Below are positions 1 through 10,035 of a stretch of DNA of 64,000 nucleotides, one piece after another (within the stretch, counting starts at the first letter, position 1; the number at the start of each line of letters is the position of its first letter). Source of the DNA: an uncultured Clostridia bacterium (GTDB lineage: Bacteria; Bacillota; Clostridia; Christensenellales; UBA1242); assembly GCA_944372505.1 (NCBI GenBank), contig CALVZK010000001.1, positions 213,687-277,686 of the forward strand, in the 5' to 3' direction. The position numbers were made by a program, and so were the translations under genes. The notes under the pieces are model-generated. The model searched no databases and was not told the DNA's origin. It saw nothing but the letters and a program-made list of their open reading frames with translations.

Positions 1-346
1 CTATATTTAAAGAAAAATCTTTAGGCTCTTCATCAACTTCAAGTTCCCCTAAAATAAATTTTTTGCTAGGTCTTTTAAGTTGTCCAGGTAATGTGCTCAA
101 TTTTCTTACATTAAATAACACCTTACCATCTTCATATAATTTTGAAAGAACAATTCCAGAATCAGATAACATATTGTTAGGCACATCATATATAATTTCT
201 TTAACCTTAGTTTTTCCTTGATTTTCAAATCTATAAAATTTAAGATTTTCATCAAGTTTTCTTAAGATATTTTTAAATTCTCCAAACCCTATGACTACAT
301 AATGATATCTCTTTATTTTTTCTTGCTCTAATTTTGAACTTTTCAA
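1..346 (-). CDS. hypothetical protein, N-terminal part only (possible CYTH-like domain)
   Basis: Minus-strand open frame running off the window start. TTG at 346 lies just downstream of a GGAGG SD (rc of 353-357). The translation ...IIYDVPNNMLSDSGIVLSKLYEDGKVLFNVRKL weakly resembles the yfDtP..L...g..LR pattern of CYTH domains. Confidence 0.45.
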   Translation of the reverse strand, partial: MKSSKLEQEKIKRYHYVVIGFGEFKNILRKLDENLKFYRFENQGKTKVKEIIYDVPNNMLSDSGIVLSKLYEDGKVLFNVRKLSTLPGQLKRPSKKFILGELEVDEEPKDFSLNI

Positions 347-442
347 AATCCCCTCCTCGTTTTAATTATTTTACATTTTTTAAAAAGAAAAATCAAATGT
401 TTAATATCTTTTTTATAGAGAATAATAAAATTGGAGGATTTT

Positions 443-1036
443 ATGGAATTTAATGAAAGTAATACAAAACAAAATATCGCAAGGCTTTTTGCAACTTTTT
501 GTCAAGATAGCGCTAGATATAATTTTATTTCTTTCAACGCAGAAAAAGAAGGTTTTTTTTACCTATCTAAATTACTTCTATCTCTTTCATCTCAAAAAAT
601 GGCACACGCGAAACTAGTTTATAAAATCATGCTTGAAAATTCTAAAAAGAAAAAAGATAAGGTTAATATAGAATCGGGTTATCCTTTCGAAAATCTTGTT
701 TTAAGTGCAACTTTAGAAGATTGTTATCAGATTGAAAACTATGAAAGTGACAATCTTCTTCCACATTTTCAAAAAATAGCACAAGACGAAGGATTTAAAG
801 AAATTTCCGACAAAATAAAAAAATTATCTATTGTAGGAAATGTTAATGCGAATATGTTAAAAAATTTAAGCGTTGCTTTTGACAATCATTCTTTATATAA
901 AAATAGCAAAAAAATTCACATGAAATGTTCAAATTGTGGCTATAAAGAAACAATAAAAGAAGGTTGGGATAAATGTCCTTTATGTGGCTTTAGTAAAGGA
1001 TATATTGAATTTGATTATTTTGATGAAAAATTGTAA
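443..1036 (+). CDS. rubrerythrin-like protein with degenerate di-iron site and C-terminal CxxC...CxxC rubredoxin-like motif
   Basis: GGAGG at 433-437, ATG at 443. Ferritin-like helices (ARYNF, AEKEGF, ENYE, AQDEGF) and C-terminal CSNCGY..CPLCG. No ExxH motif is present anywhere in the protein. Confidence 0.6.
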   Translation: MEFNESNTKQNIARLFATFCQDSARYNFISFNAEKEGFFYLSKLLLSLSSQKMAHAKLVYKIMLENSKKKKDKVNIESGYPFENLVLSATLEDCYQIENYESDNLLPHFQKIAQDEGFKEISDKIKKLSIVGNVNANMLKNLSVAFDNHSLYKNSKKIHMKCSNCGYKETIKEGWDKCPLCGFSKGYIEFDYFDEKL

Positions 1037-1046
1037 AGTTCATAAA

Positions 1047-1078
1047 TAAAAAAAGGCTAATCATTAGCCTTTTTTTTA
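1047..1078. terminator. bidirectional rho-independent terminator
   Basis: AGGCTAA-tca-TTAGCCT hairpin flanked by an A-run and a T-run, between two convergent genes. Confidence 0.8.
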
Positions 1079-1351
1079 TTTATTTAAACCATCTTTAAAA
1101 CTGCAACCAAACTTGAAACTAGGAACACTACATGCAGGAATTTTAACCTTCTCTTTTGTCATAGGATTAATTCCTTGTCTTGCTGCTCTCTTTTTTACTT
1201 CAAAAGTTCCAAATCCAGCAATTTGAATTTTTTCTCCTTTCTTTAATGTATCAGCAATTGTTGCTGCCATTGCATCAAAAGCTATTCCAGCATCTTTTTG
1301 TGTAAATTGAGCTTTTTCAGCAAATGCTTTGATAAATTGTTGTTTGTTCAT
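1076..1351 (-). CDS. hup: DNA-binding protein HU
   Basis: 91 aa. MNKQQFI...GFGTFEVKKRAARQGINPMTKEKVKIPA is the classic HU/IHF fold signature. Confidence 0.9.
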   Translation of the reverse strand: MNKQQFIKAFAEKAQFTQKDAGIAFDAMAATIADTLKKGEKIQIAGFGTFEVKKRAARQGINPMTKEKVKIPACSVPSFKFGCSFKDGLNK

Positions 1352-1430
1352 TTACCATATCTCCTTTTATTAGTTTTTGACTAATGTCTACTGTTAATAT
1401 AGCATATTTTTGCCAATTTTCAAAATAATT

Positions 1431-2333
1431 TTAATCAATTACCGAAAAATATCTAACTATTTCATTCCAAATGATTTTAATATATTCTTTTAAATTATTA
1501 AGCCAACCCAAAGGATTTGATTTTAAACTATAACCATCATGAACTATTGAAATAACTCGTCCGACTACTTTATCTATATCTTCTGTTCCTTCAAATCTTG
1601 CATCAGTACTACCAATTCTATTATCTCCTAAATAAAATACTTGATCAGGTTCGTCATCTGTTTTGTCAGAGCCTACAACAAAAAACTTTATAGAATAAAT
1701 TTCTCCATTATAAGGAACACTTTCTATGACTATATTTTCGTTCTCTAATAAAAATTGTTCATAAAAAGCACTTTCATATGCAATAGTTGTTATTCCAATT
1801 TCTGAATCACTTTCATCTATGACAGATCTTTCTTTATTCCATTCATCATATCCATCTTTATAAACTCCGTAGACATATCCACTTAAATAATCTTCATTTA
1901 AAATTTCAACTTTGGCATTAGCAGTATTTTTTATTCTTATAACTCTATACTCCCAGTTAATCTTTCCATCTCTTTCTATAGGAAGTTTGGCTATTGTTAT
2001 TTTATCCCCTTCAAGCCCTAAAACACGTTTTATAATTGTAGTATTATCTTCACCACTAGACTTGTCAATTATTATTATTTCACCATAATCAATATCTTTT
2101 GTAAGTCTCACATAAACTGCATCTTGATAGGCTCCATCTGCAAAAATAGGATCAGGATTCAATGTAGGTTGCATTGAAGTGCCTCTTATTGTCACATAAA
2201 TATAAGAATTTTGAAATGCAATATTCCCTACAAAAACGATTAAATAAAATATTATCATTATATAAATAAAAATGAAAAAAATTTTTTCTGCAAGTTTTTC
2301 TTCTTTTATGTCCTGATAATATTTGTATATCAT
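1431..2333 (-). CDS. lepB: signal peptidase I (S26 family), long form
   Basis: N-terminal TM segment. RGTSMQPTL (Ser box), KRVLGLEGD (Lys box) and YLGDNRIGSTDAR (box E). Confidence 0.8.
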   Translation of the reverse strand: MIYKYYQDIKEEKLAEKIFFIFIYIMIIFYLIVFVGNIAFQNSYIYVTIRGTSMQPTLNPDPIFADGAYQDAVYVRLTKDIDYGEIIIIDKSSGEDNTTIIKRVLGLEGDKITIAKLPIERDGKINWEYRVIRIKNTANAKVEILNEDYLSGYVYGVYKDGYDEWNKERSVIDESDSEIGITTIAYESAFYEQFLLENENIVIESVPYNGEIYSIKFFVVGSDKTDDEPDQVFYLGDNRIGSTDARFEGTEDIDKVVGRVISIVHDGYSLKSNPLGWLNNLKEYIKIIWNEIVRYFSVID

Positions 2334-2344
2334 TTTATCTCCTC

Positions 2345-2878
2345 TTAATTTCTTTTTGAAAATTCACAGCCACAATAATTTTGCCTATATAAATTATATT
2401 TTTTAGAAAACTCTATACTTTTCTTGTAACCATCTTGTTTTTTATAATTTCCCTCTAAAAAATGTATGCCCTCAATATCTTCTACTTCTTTACCAATTTC
2501 ATTTATTACTAACGAATTTTTATGTGGACTTACAGTAAGAGTTGTACCAAAACAATCGTAATTTAATTCTTTTGCTTTTTTAGCAGTTTTTTCTAGACGC
2601 AATCTAAAACATACACTACACCTTTTTCCGCCCTCTTTTTCACTTTCTAACCCTTTAATTTTGCAATAATAATCTTGTTCTAAATGATCTTCTTCAATAA
2701 TATTTATACCAACAATTTTACAAAATCTTTTTTGTTCTGAAAGCCTGTGATAATATTCTTCATCTGTATCAATGTTAGGATTATAATAATAAATCGTAAT
2801 ATCATAATCTTTTCTCAAAACATCTATAACTTGTGTACTACAGGGACCACAGCAACTATGCAATAACAATTTTTTCAT
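2345..2878 (-). CDS. queH: epoxyqueuosine reductase QueH (DUF208)
   Basis: LLLHSCCGPCS N-terminus, internal CSVC and C-terminal CGCEF, as in the QueH family. Confidence 0.8.
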   Translation of the reverse strand: MKKLLLHSCCGPCSTQVIDVLRKDYDITIYYYNPNIDTDEEYYHRLSEQKRFCKIVGINIIEEDHLEQDYYCKIKGLESEKEGGKRCSVCFRLRLEKTAKKAKELNYDCFGTTLTVSPHKNSLVINEIGKEVEDIEGIHFLEGNYKKQDGYKKSIEFSKKYNLYRQNYCGCEFSKRN

Positions 2879-3345
2879 TATTCTATTGTCCTTAATATTT
2901 TAATTAAATCATTAAATAATACATTTTCTTTAGCAAGTTGCTTTATGTCACTATTAAATTTATTTAAAGTAATAATAAAACAACCTAAACAATTACCACA
3001 ATTAATAAAAACTTGTATTACATAAATCAATTTATCCCTATATCCCTTTATTACAAACATCGGAAAAATATATTCATTGAGTTTTAAATTTATTATCTTC
3101 TCTAACTCAAATTTGTCTGTGATAGTTTTATAATTTTCTACTAGTGTTTGATAATATTCAAAAAAATCATCTGGATCTCTATGAATTTCAAATAAACTTA
3201 TTACTTTTCCGTCTTTTGATAAGTAATTTTCTTTGTTAATAAATCCCTGTCCATTCATTAAGGAATATTTATCTTCAGTTACCGAATAAGTCTCTGGTAA
3301 ATCAAAAGACATGTCATTTAAAGTATCGATTACTCTTTTCATCAT
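2878..3345 (-). CDS. hypothetical protein
   Basis: ORF with AAGGAG SD; the start is ATG 3345 or 3342. Its stop overlaps the queH start (TAATG), suggesting translational coupling. No recognisable motif. Confidence 0.6.
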   Translation of the reverse strand: MMKRVIDTLNDMSFDLPETYSVTEDKYSLMNGQGFINKENYLSKDGKVISLFEIHRDPDDFFEYYQTLVENYKTITDKFELEKIINLKLNEYIFPMFVIKGYRDKLIYVIQVFINCGNCLGCFIITLNKFNSDIKQLAKENVLFNDLIKILRTIE

Positions 3346-3471
3346 TTTCTCCTTCTGAAAGGATAACACTCCTATAAAAAAAAGTCAACTTAAATGACTT
3401 TTTAAGTTAACATCATTTTGTTTTTAATGTGTTTTTATACTTTAAATATTTTATTAATTAGCAAAAAATAA

Positions 3472-3807
3472 TTAAAAAGCATTTATTGCATACATCATCA
3501 TGTCATTAACATTATTATTAGTTAAATAATAAACTAAAATTTTTCCTTCTCTTCTATATGAAACTAAATTTTGGTCTTTCAATTGTTTTAGTTGATGAGA
3601 TATTGTTGTTTGATTTATTCCTAAAATTGTAGACAAATCATTAACACACATGTTCATCATAGATAAACAAGTTAAAATTTTAATTCTTGTTGAATCAGAG
3701 AAATTTTGGAAATAATCTGCAAGTTTAGATATATCCTTTTCCCCGGGCATACTAGATAATATATCTCTTTTACTTCTCTCTGTTAATAATAAAAATTTTT
3801 GTTCCAT
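3472..3807 (-). CDS. ArsR/SmtB family transcriptional regulator
   Basis: DSTRIKIL...CVNDLSTILGINQTTISHQLKQLKDQNLV is a typical ArsR wHTH. Confidence 0.85.
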   Translation of the reverse strand: MEQKFLLLTERSKRDILSSMPGEKDISKLADYFQNFSDSTRIKILTCLSMMNMCVNDLSTILGINQTTISHQLKQLKDQNLVSYRREGKILVYYLTNNNVNDMMMYAINAF

Positions 3808-3952
3808 AAATTCTCCTTTAACATTTTAAAATTTTACATCATAAATAGTTATGTATCTGCAATAATATTTTGTCATATACTGAAGAAAAAAACAAAGTAA
3901 AATTTTTGTTTATTTTGTCAAAATATAAATGATTTTGTTTAAAGGAGGACAT

Positions 3953-4147
3953 ATGAGCAACAATACATTTTATATTTTATTTATTCTGCTTCTTTCAGTA
4001 ATCACTAACGCAACCGATACCAACTTAAATACAAATACCAATTTTTTGCTCCTACTATTACTTGCATTAAATGGTCAAAATTACAACTGGGGTTGTGGTT
4101 GTGGACAAAATACATGCCCGGGACAAAGCAATAATACATTCTTTTAA
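3953..4147 (+). CDS. small hydrophobic Cys/Gly/Asn-rich peptide (64 aa), possibly YjcZ-like sporulation peptide
   Basis: AAAGGAGGA SD then ATG 3953. Two Leu-rich hydrophobic stretches and WGCGCGQNTCPG. A clean terminator follows directly. Confidence 0.55.
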   Translation: MSNNTFYILFILLLSVITNATDTNLNTNTNFLLLLLLALNGQNYNWGCGCGQNTCPGQSNNTFF

Positions 4148-4155
4148 TATAAAAA

Positions 4156-4179
4156 CCTTGCCTATGCAAGGATTTTTTA
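4156..4179 (+). terminator. rho-independent terminator
   Basis: CCTTGC-ctat-GCAAGG followed by T6. Confidence 0.8.
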
Positions 4180-4374
4180 TTGATAAAATATATTTTAAAA
4201 ATTTCCATGGAAATTTTATTATTTTGTTTAAAATTGAATAATTACGCAAATATTAAATAAAATTAAAAAAAATAAAAAAAAATTGTAAAATCATTTTGTT
4301 ATTATTTTTTTTTATGTTATATTAAGTTTGTAATAAAAAAGCAAAACGCTTTTAAAAACAAAAGGAGGGATAAA

Positions 4375-4758
4375 ATGGCATCTTTATTGAATGTAGTTTG
4401 GAGTTGGAGCGAATATTTTAAAGATTACGGCTCTGAAGGAACAAGAGAAGTATTGAATGAGGTTTTCAGTATTATATCTATTGTACTTTGGGTGGTTCTT
4501 GGTATAGTTGGTGCGATTGGTGCTATTTACGCAATTTATCTAGGTGTACAACTTGCCAGAGCCGATGAACAAGGAAAAAGAGATGATGCAAAGAAACACT
4601 TAATTACAGTTATTATCGCTGTTGGTGTTACACTTGCTTTAATTTTAGTATTTAACACATTCTTACCAGCACTATTATCAGCATTTAACGTTAAAGACAG
4701 TGCTGGAGAATTTGAAGACCCAACTTTAATAACACCCATAGTTTCTCTCCTTAAATAA
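4375..4758 (+). CDS. two-TM hairpin membrane protein, paralog A (VirB2/TrbC-pilin-like topology)
   Basis: AAGGAGGG SD. TM-(LARADEQGKRDDAKKH)-TM layout. Clear paralogy with the 4934..5251 product. Confidence 0.7.
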   Translation: MASLLNVVWSWSEYFKDYGSEGTREVLNEVFSIISIVLWVVLGIVGAIGAIYAIYLGVQLARADEQGKRDDAKKHLITVIIAVGVTLALILVFNTFLPALLSAFNVKDSAGEFEDPTLITPIVSLLK

Positions 4759-4778
4759 GGCGTAAAAAAATAAATAAA

Positions 4779-4802
4779 AAGCACAAAATGTGCTTTTTTT
4801 AT
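4779..4802 (+). terminator. rho-independent terminator
   Basis: AAGCACA-aaa-TGTGCTT followed by T7. Confidence 0.8.
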
Positions 4803-4933
4803 TTGTTAAATAAAACATTATTAAATATTAAATTAATATTTCTTATTTTGTTAAGCTGGTATTTTATTTAATATTGTAAAAATTCTTGCATTATTTTGGC
4901 AATTGTGTTAAACTACATAAGTAGGAGAAAAAT

Positions 4934-5251
4934 ATGCAGTTTTTTATTTCTTTATTAAATGGTTATCAATTTACTGGCCAATTTGCATGGCTTCAAGATG
5001 TTTATAAAACACTACCCCCTATTCTTTATACTATATTAGCAGTTGTTGGTGGGGCTGGAAGTGTTTATGCAATTGTTCTCGGTGTTAATCTTGCAAAAAG
5101 CGAAAATGATGAAAAACGAAAAACTGCAGTAGCAAGACTTAGAAACACTTTAATAGGCGTTGGAATATTACTTATTTTAGTTTTGTTTATTAACTTAGCG
5201 CTTCCACCTATTTTACATGCAGCCTTTCCAAATGAAATTATTAAAACATAA
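4934..5251 (+). CDS. two-TM hairpin membrane protein, paralog B
   Basis: TAGGAG SD. SVYAIVLGVNLAKSENDEKRKTAVARLRNTLIGVGILLILVLFIN aligns with paralog A AIYAIYLGVQLARADEQGKRDDAKKHLITVIIAVGVTLALILVFN. Confidence 0.7.
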   Translation: MQFFISLLNGYQFTGQFAWLQDVYKTLPPILYTILAVVGGAGSVYAIVLGVNLAKSENDEKRKTAVARLRNTLIGVGILLILVLFINLALPPILHAAFPNEIIKT

Positions 5252-5318
5252 TTTCTATTAAACATTAAATTAACAAAAAATTAAAATAAAACATATAAAC
5301 TTGTGTAAGGAGATAAAA

Positions 5319-5750
5319 ATGCACAAGTTTTTTTGTACATACAATCATTTAACAGAAAAATATGAACTTTCTTTAAACAAAAATTATATTAACATAAATA
5401 ACAAGTCTAAAATTTTAGCAGAAAATAATTTATTGCCTAAAATTAAAAATCTTTTACAACAAATATATAGTGATTTGGTAGTTTTAAAAGAAAAGAACAA
5501 AGAAACAGAAATATTAGAAAAACTAGACAAATGTGAACTTATGCTTTCTAATTTATACTATTCTTTTTTTTCCTCGCCGTTAGAATTAATAGAAATAGAT
5601 TTTAACAATACTAATAATGACAAAGAAATATTAAACTCTTTAACAAAAAATATTGATGAAATAATAAGTATTATTAATATACCTGAATATAACCGATTAT
5701 GTTTACTTATTAAAAATAATATAGATCAAATTTATAAATCAATTAATTAA
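5319..5750 (+). CDS. hypothetical protein
   Basis: AAGGAG SD then ATG 5319. Asn/Lys/Ile-rich and probably helical. No recognised motif. Confidence 0.55.
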   Translation: MHKFFCTYNHLTEKYELSLNKNYININNKSKILAENNLLPKIKNLLQQIYSDLVVLKEKNKETEILEKLDKCELMLSNLYYSFFSSPLELIEIDFNNTNNDKEILNSLTKNIDEIISIINIPEYNRLCLLIKNNIDQIYKSIN

Positions 5751-5788
5751 AAACATTTTGTTTCCATTAAACATATATTGTAGTGTAA

Positions 5789-7123
<1,335 letters not shown>

Positions 7124-7140
7124 GAAACAATTTCTAAAAA

Positions 7141-7170
7141 AGAAAGAAGTTAAACTTCTTTCTTTTGTTT
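7141..7170. terminator. rho-independent terminator (bidirectional)
   Basis: AGAAAGAAGT-taa-ACTTCTTTCT followed by a T-run, with an A-run upstream. Confidence 0.8.
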
Positions 7171-7188
7171 TAATCAAACATAAATAAT

Positions 7189-7728
7189 TTATTTTTTACC
7201 ATTGACAAAATTTAAGTCATATCTTTCTATGGAATCTTTTATTATTTTTATTGCTTTTTCTCTGCCTCCCAATTTTTCAACATGCACTACTTTGTTTTCC
7301 AATTGTTTGTAAACTGTTAAAAAATGTTTTAATTCCTCAAATAAATGTTTAGGTAAATCTGCAATATCTTTAAAATCATTATATTGTGGATCTCCAAAAG
7401 GAATTGCTATAATTTTTTCATCATATTCGTTCCTATCAGTCATCATAACTACACCTATTGGATAACATCTAACTAAACTTAGCCTTGCAAGAGGTTGACT
7501 GCATAAAACAAATACATCTAATGGATCATTATCTTCACTATAAGTCAAAGGAATAAAACCATAATTCATTGGATATAAAGTACTAGTATATAATACTCTA
7601 TCTAAAATTAAAAAACCTGTTTCTTTATCGAGTTCATACTTTGTTTTATCCCCTTGTTGTATTTCTATACATGCAATAAAATCTTCTGGATTAATTCTTT
7701 CTTTTGAAATTTCTTTCCAAATATTCAT
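7189..7728 (-). CDS. ppa: inorganic pyrophosphatase, family I
   Basis: GGAGG SD then ATG 7728. YPMNYGFIP and EDNDPLDVFVL signature. Confidence 0.9.
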   Translation of the reverse strand: MNIWKEISKERINPEDFIACIEIQQGDKTKYELDKETGFLILDRVLYTSTLYPMNYGFIPLTYSEDNDPLDVFVLCSQPLARLSLVRCYPIGVVMMTDRNEYDEKIIAIPFGDPQYNDFKDIADLPKHLFEELKHFLTVYKQLENKVVHVEKLGGREKAIKIIKDSIERYDLNFVNGKK

Positions 7729-7809
7729 TTTTTCCTCCAATTACATTTTAAAATAATTTTATCCTTAAAGCAAATAATTTTTTTAAAAAAAGATGAAATA
7801 AATCATCTT

Positions 7810-8748
7810 TTAGTCATATAAAAAGTTAATTTTTACGTTATCTAAGGCTTTTATTTTTTTCATGTATAACTTCAAAAACTTTTCTCTTCTTACAGCTACT
7901 ACTAACTTTACATTACCTTTTTTATTCATATTAACAAATGTTTTACCTGGTGTCTCAATTGTATCAACTTCTACATCAGTTCTGATAGTTTTAAATAGAT
8001 TTTTATGCGTTAAATACATATATGCACAAGTATCATTTGTAGCAATTCTTTTATCAGGATACCCTTTCTCCCAATATTTATCATACATTAAAAATAAAAA
8101 TTTCCCTATATCATTTGTATCTTTTATTTTATAAACAAAATCTTCGGTTAAATAAGCCTTTCTTCTTCCCATATCACTTGGAACCATTACTAAAGGAATT
8201 TTACTATCCAAAACAATCTTAAAAGCTTCTGGATCTGATGAAATATTAAAAGAAATATGATCAGGGAATCCTGGCACACCAAAAGGAGATCCTCCCATAA
8301 AAATTATTTTTGGAATCTTTTTTACAACATCTGGATGCTTTTGAATCAAAGTAGCAATATTTGTATGTGGTCCAAAAATGAATGGAATTATATCCCCATT
8401 TCCTTCACTTATTACTTTATACATAGCTTCGACTGCATTTTCCTTTAAGGCTGTATGTTCAGTTTTCTCTGCAGGAATCCAACCTCCCAACCCTTCTTTT
8501 GAATGAACATCTTCTGCCGTAGGACTATTTCGGTGCAAAGCTTTATTTGCTCCTTTAGCAACAGGATAATCGACATTTAACAAATCCAATAAATGTAGAA
8601 TGTTTCGAGTGCTTGTTTCAACTTCAACATTGCCTCGAACAGTAGTTATTAATTTAACATCTAATTTTTTATCAGTTAACGCAAATATAAGGCAGGCGGT
8701 ATCATCAACCCCAGGATCAGTATCTATAATAACTTTGTATTTTTTCAT
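7810..8748 (-). CDS. nucleoside hydrolase (IUNH family)
   Basis: N-terminal IIDTDPGVDD aspartate cluster typical of inosine-uridine preferring nucleoside hydrolases. Start taken at ATG 8748 (MKKYKVI). Confidence 0.8.
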   Translation of the reverse strand: MKKYKVIIDTDPGVDDTACLIFALTDKKLDVKLITTVRGNVEVETSTRNILHLLDLLNVDYPVAKGANKALHRNSPTAEDVHSKEGLGGWIPAEKTEHTALKENAVEAMYKVISEGNGDIIPFIFGPHTNIATLIQKHPDVVKKIPKIIFMGGSPFGVPGFPDHISFNISSDPEAFKIVLDSKIPLVMVPSDMGRRKAYLTEDFVYKIKDTNDIGKFLFLMYDKYWEKGYPDKRIATNDTCAYMYLTHKNLFKTIRTDVEVDTIETPGKTFVNMNKKGNVKLVVAVRREKFLKLYMKKIKALDNVKINFLYD

Positions 8749-8899
8749 GGTGATTCCTTTTAATCTAGTAAATAGAGTTTTCAAAAATATATAAAAATTT
8801 AATAAAATACTTAAAAATAATGTCGAAAGTTATAAAAAACTTACAGATAATAATATTATACGCAAAAAAAAAGAAATTGCAAATGTTTTATAATTTTTC

Positions 8900-8928
8900 T
8901 TGTTTTTTAAAAAACAAATTGCTAAAAT
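8900..8928 (+). promoter_or_regulatory. putative sigma-A promoter of tRNA-Ser
   Basis: TTGTTT-17 nt-TAAAAT, ending about 9 nt before the mature tRNA 5' end. Confidence 0.4.
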
Positions 8929-8937
8929 ATTAGTCAT

Positions 8938-9028
8938 GGAGATGTACCGAAGTGGTCGTAACGGGACGCACTCGAAATGCGTTTGTCAGGTAACTGGCAC
9001 GTGGGTTCGAATCCCACCGTCTCCGCCA
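8938..9028 (+). tRNA. tRNA-Ser (anticodon CGA), CCA encoded
   Basis: Hand-folded cloverleaf. Acceptor GGAGATG/CGTCTCC, anticodon stem ACGCA/TGCGT with loop CTCGAAA, long variable arm, T-arm GTGGG-TTCGAAT-CCCAC. Confidence 0.9.
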
Positions 9029-9158
9029 AGTTGAAAGTTTAGTTTGTCTGACGCGAAAATAAGCGATTTTGACCCTAAAATGACACTTTTTTCGGCGTTT
9101 TAAGAGATTTTTAAGCAAAAAGATGTGTTTGAAATCAAAAACACCTCGAAATCACATT

Positions 9159-9175
9159 GGGACAAATGATGATTT
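9159..9175 (+). repeat. direct repeat copy 1 (GGGACAAATGATGATTT)
   Basis: Identical 17-mer at 11512-11528. Both copies are followed by ATGATTTTGAG. Confidence 0.85.
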
Positions 9176-9255
9176 TGAGCGAAACTCGAAAGTTCATTTT
9201 ACAGCAGTTAGGGGTAATATATCGAATAAAATATATAAAAACAAAGGAGAATTTT

Positions 9256-10035
9256 ATGCTTTACATTCACGAGAGAAATCTTCAAACAAAAATAAGAACA
9301 AACTACAAAAACAAAGCTGCAGAAATTCAATACTTATACGATACAGTATACTTGCCGATGCGTGCAGAAATTTCTTCTCTTACTTTTTCAGGAGAAAATC
9401 CTGATGCTTTTGTAAGAGCAGCCGAAATTTTTAATGTTTATTATGATTTCTTAAATTCTTTTTCGGAGGCGCACAGTATATCCTCACAGTCGAAATTTGC
9501 ATCTACATTTCTAGAAGAAATCAGTGCCTATCTCTTCAAAGATTTGCCCGATATCACTTCGAACACACTTGGTGTATTCAATAAAGGTATTTATGCAGGA
9601 TTGAAAATCGATGGAAGTCGTCACATTGAAATTATCAAAAAGGATGTCGATTTTTGTATCGGTAAAAAGGTTACTATCACAATAGATAATCAACAGCCAA
9701 CAACATTGATACTTCCTGTTGTGGCTGTTGAAGTCAAAACCTATTTGGATGCTACGATGTTTGGAGAAGTTAAATCATCGAGCAAATCAATAAAAAGTGC
9801 CTCTCCAAATTCTCGTACATATGTGCTTATGGGGCACAAGAATTTAGCAGACGAGCATATTATTGCTGCAAGGCAAGATTCTGTGCTAAATGAAATATTC
9901 GTATTAAGAGCCAACGAACATTCGCCTATGGATGCAACTACAATATTTGATTATTGGAAAGAAATAAGCACTGCAATTTCCGAACTTGCAAACGATGATG
10001 GGATTCATGTTCCTGGTAGATTGTTAAATCCGTGA
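9256..10035 (+). CDS. putative type II restriction endonuclease (PD-(D/E)xK)
   Basis: AAAGGAG SD then ATG 9256. Candidate catalytic KKDVDF...VAVEVKTYLD. Convergent with the C5-methyltransferase and overlapping it by 12 bp at the 3' ends. Confidence 0.6.
   Translation: MLYIHERNLQTKIRTNYKNKAAEIQYLYDTVYLPMRAEISSLTFSGENPDAFVRAAEIFNVYYDFLNSFSEAHSISSQSKFASTFLEEISAYLFKDLPDITSNTLGVFNKGIYAGLKIDGSRHIEIIKKDVDFCIGKKVTITIDNQQPTTLILPVVAVEVKTYLDATMFGEVKSSSKSIKSASPNSRTYVLMGHKNLADEHIIAARQDSVLNEIFVLRANEHSPMDATTIFDYWKEISTAISELANDDGIHVPGRLLNP

Noticed and set aside
4005-4249. Minus-strand ORFs 4005-4208 and 4067-4249, antisense to the small Cys-rich peptide gene.
   Set aside because: They have no SD and cross the plus-strand terminator hairpin. 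The sense ORF has a textbook SD and terminator.
8930-9404. ORFs 8930-9118 (-) and 9123-9404 (+), and the 33-codon N-terminal extension of the nuclease ORF (9157-9255).
   Set aside because: The first is antisense to tRNA-Ser. The others lack SDs and lie in the repeat-containing islet flank. The nuclease has a proper AAAGGAG-ATG start at 9256.
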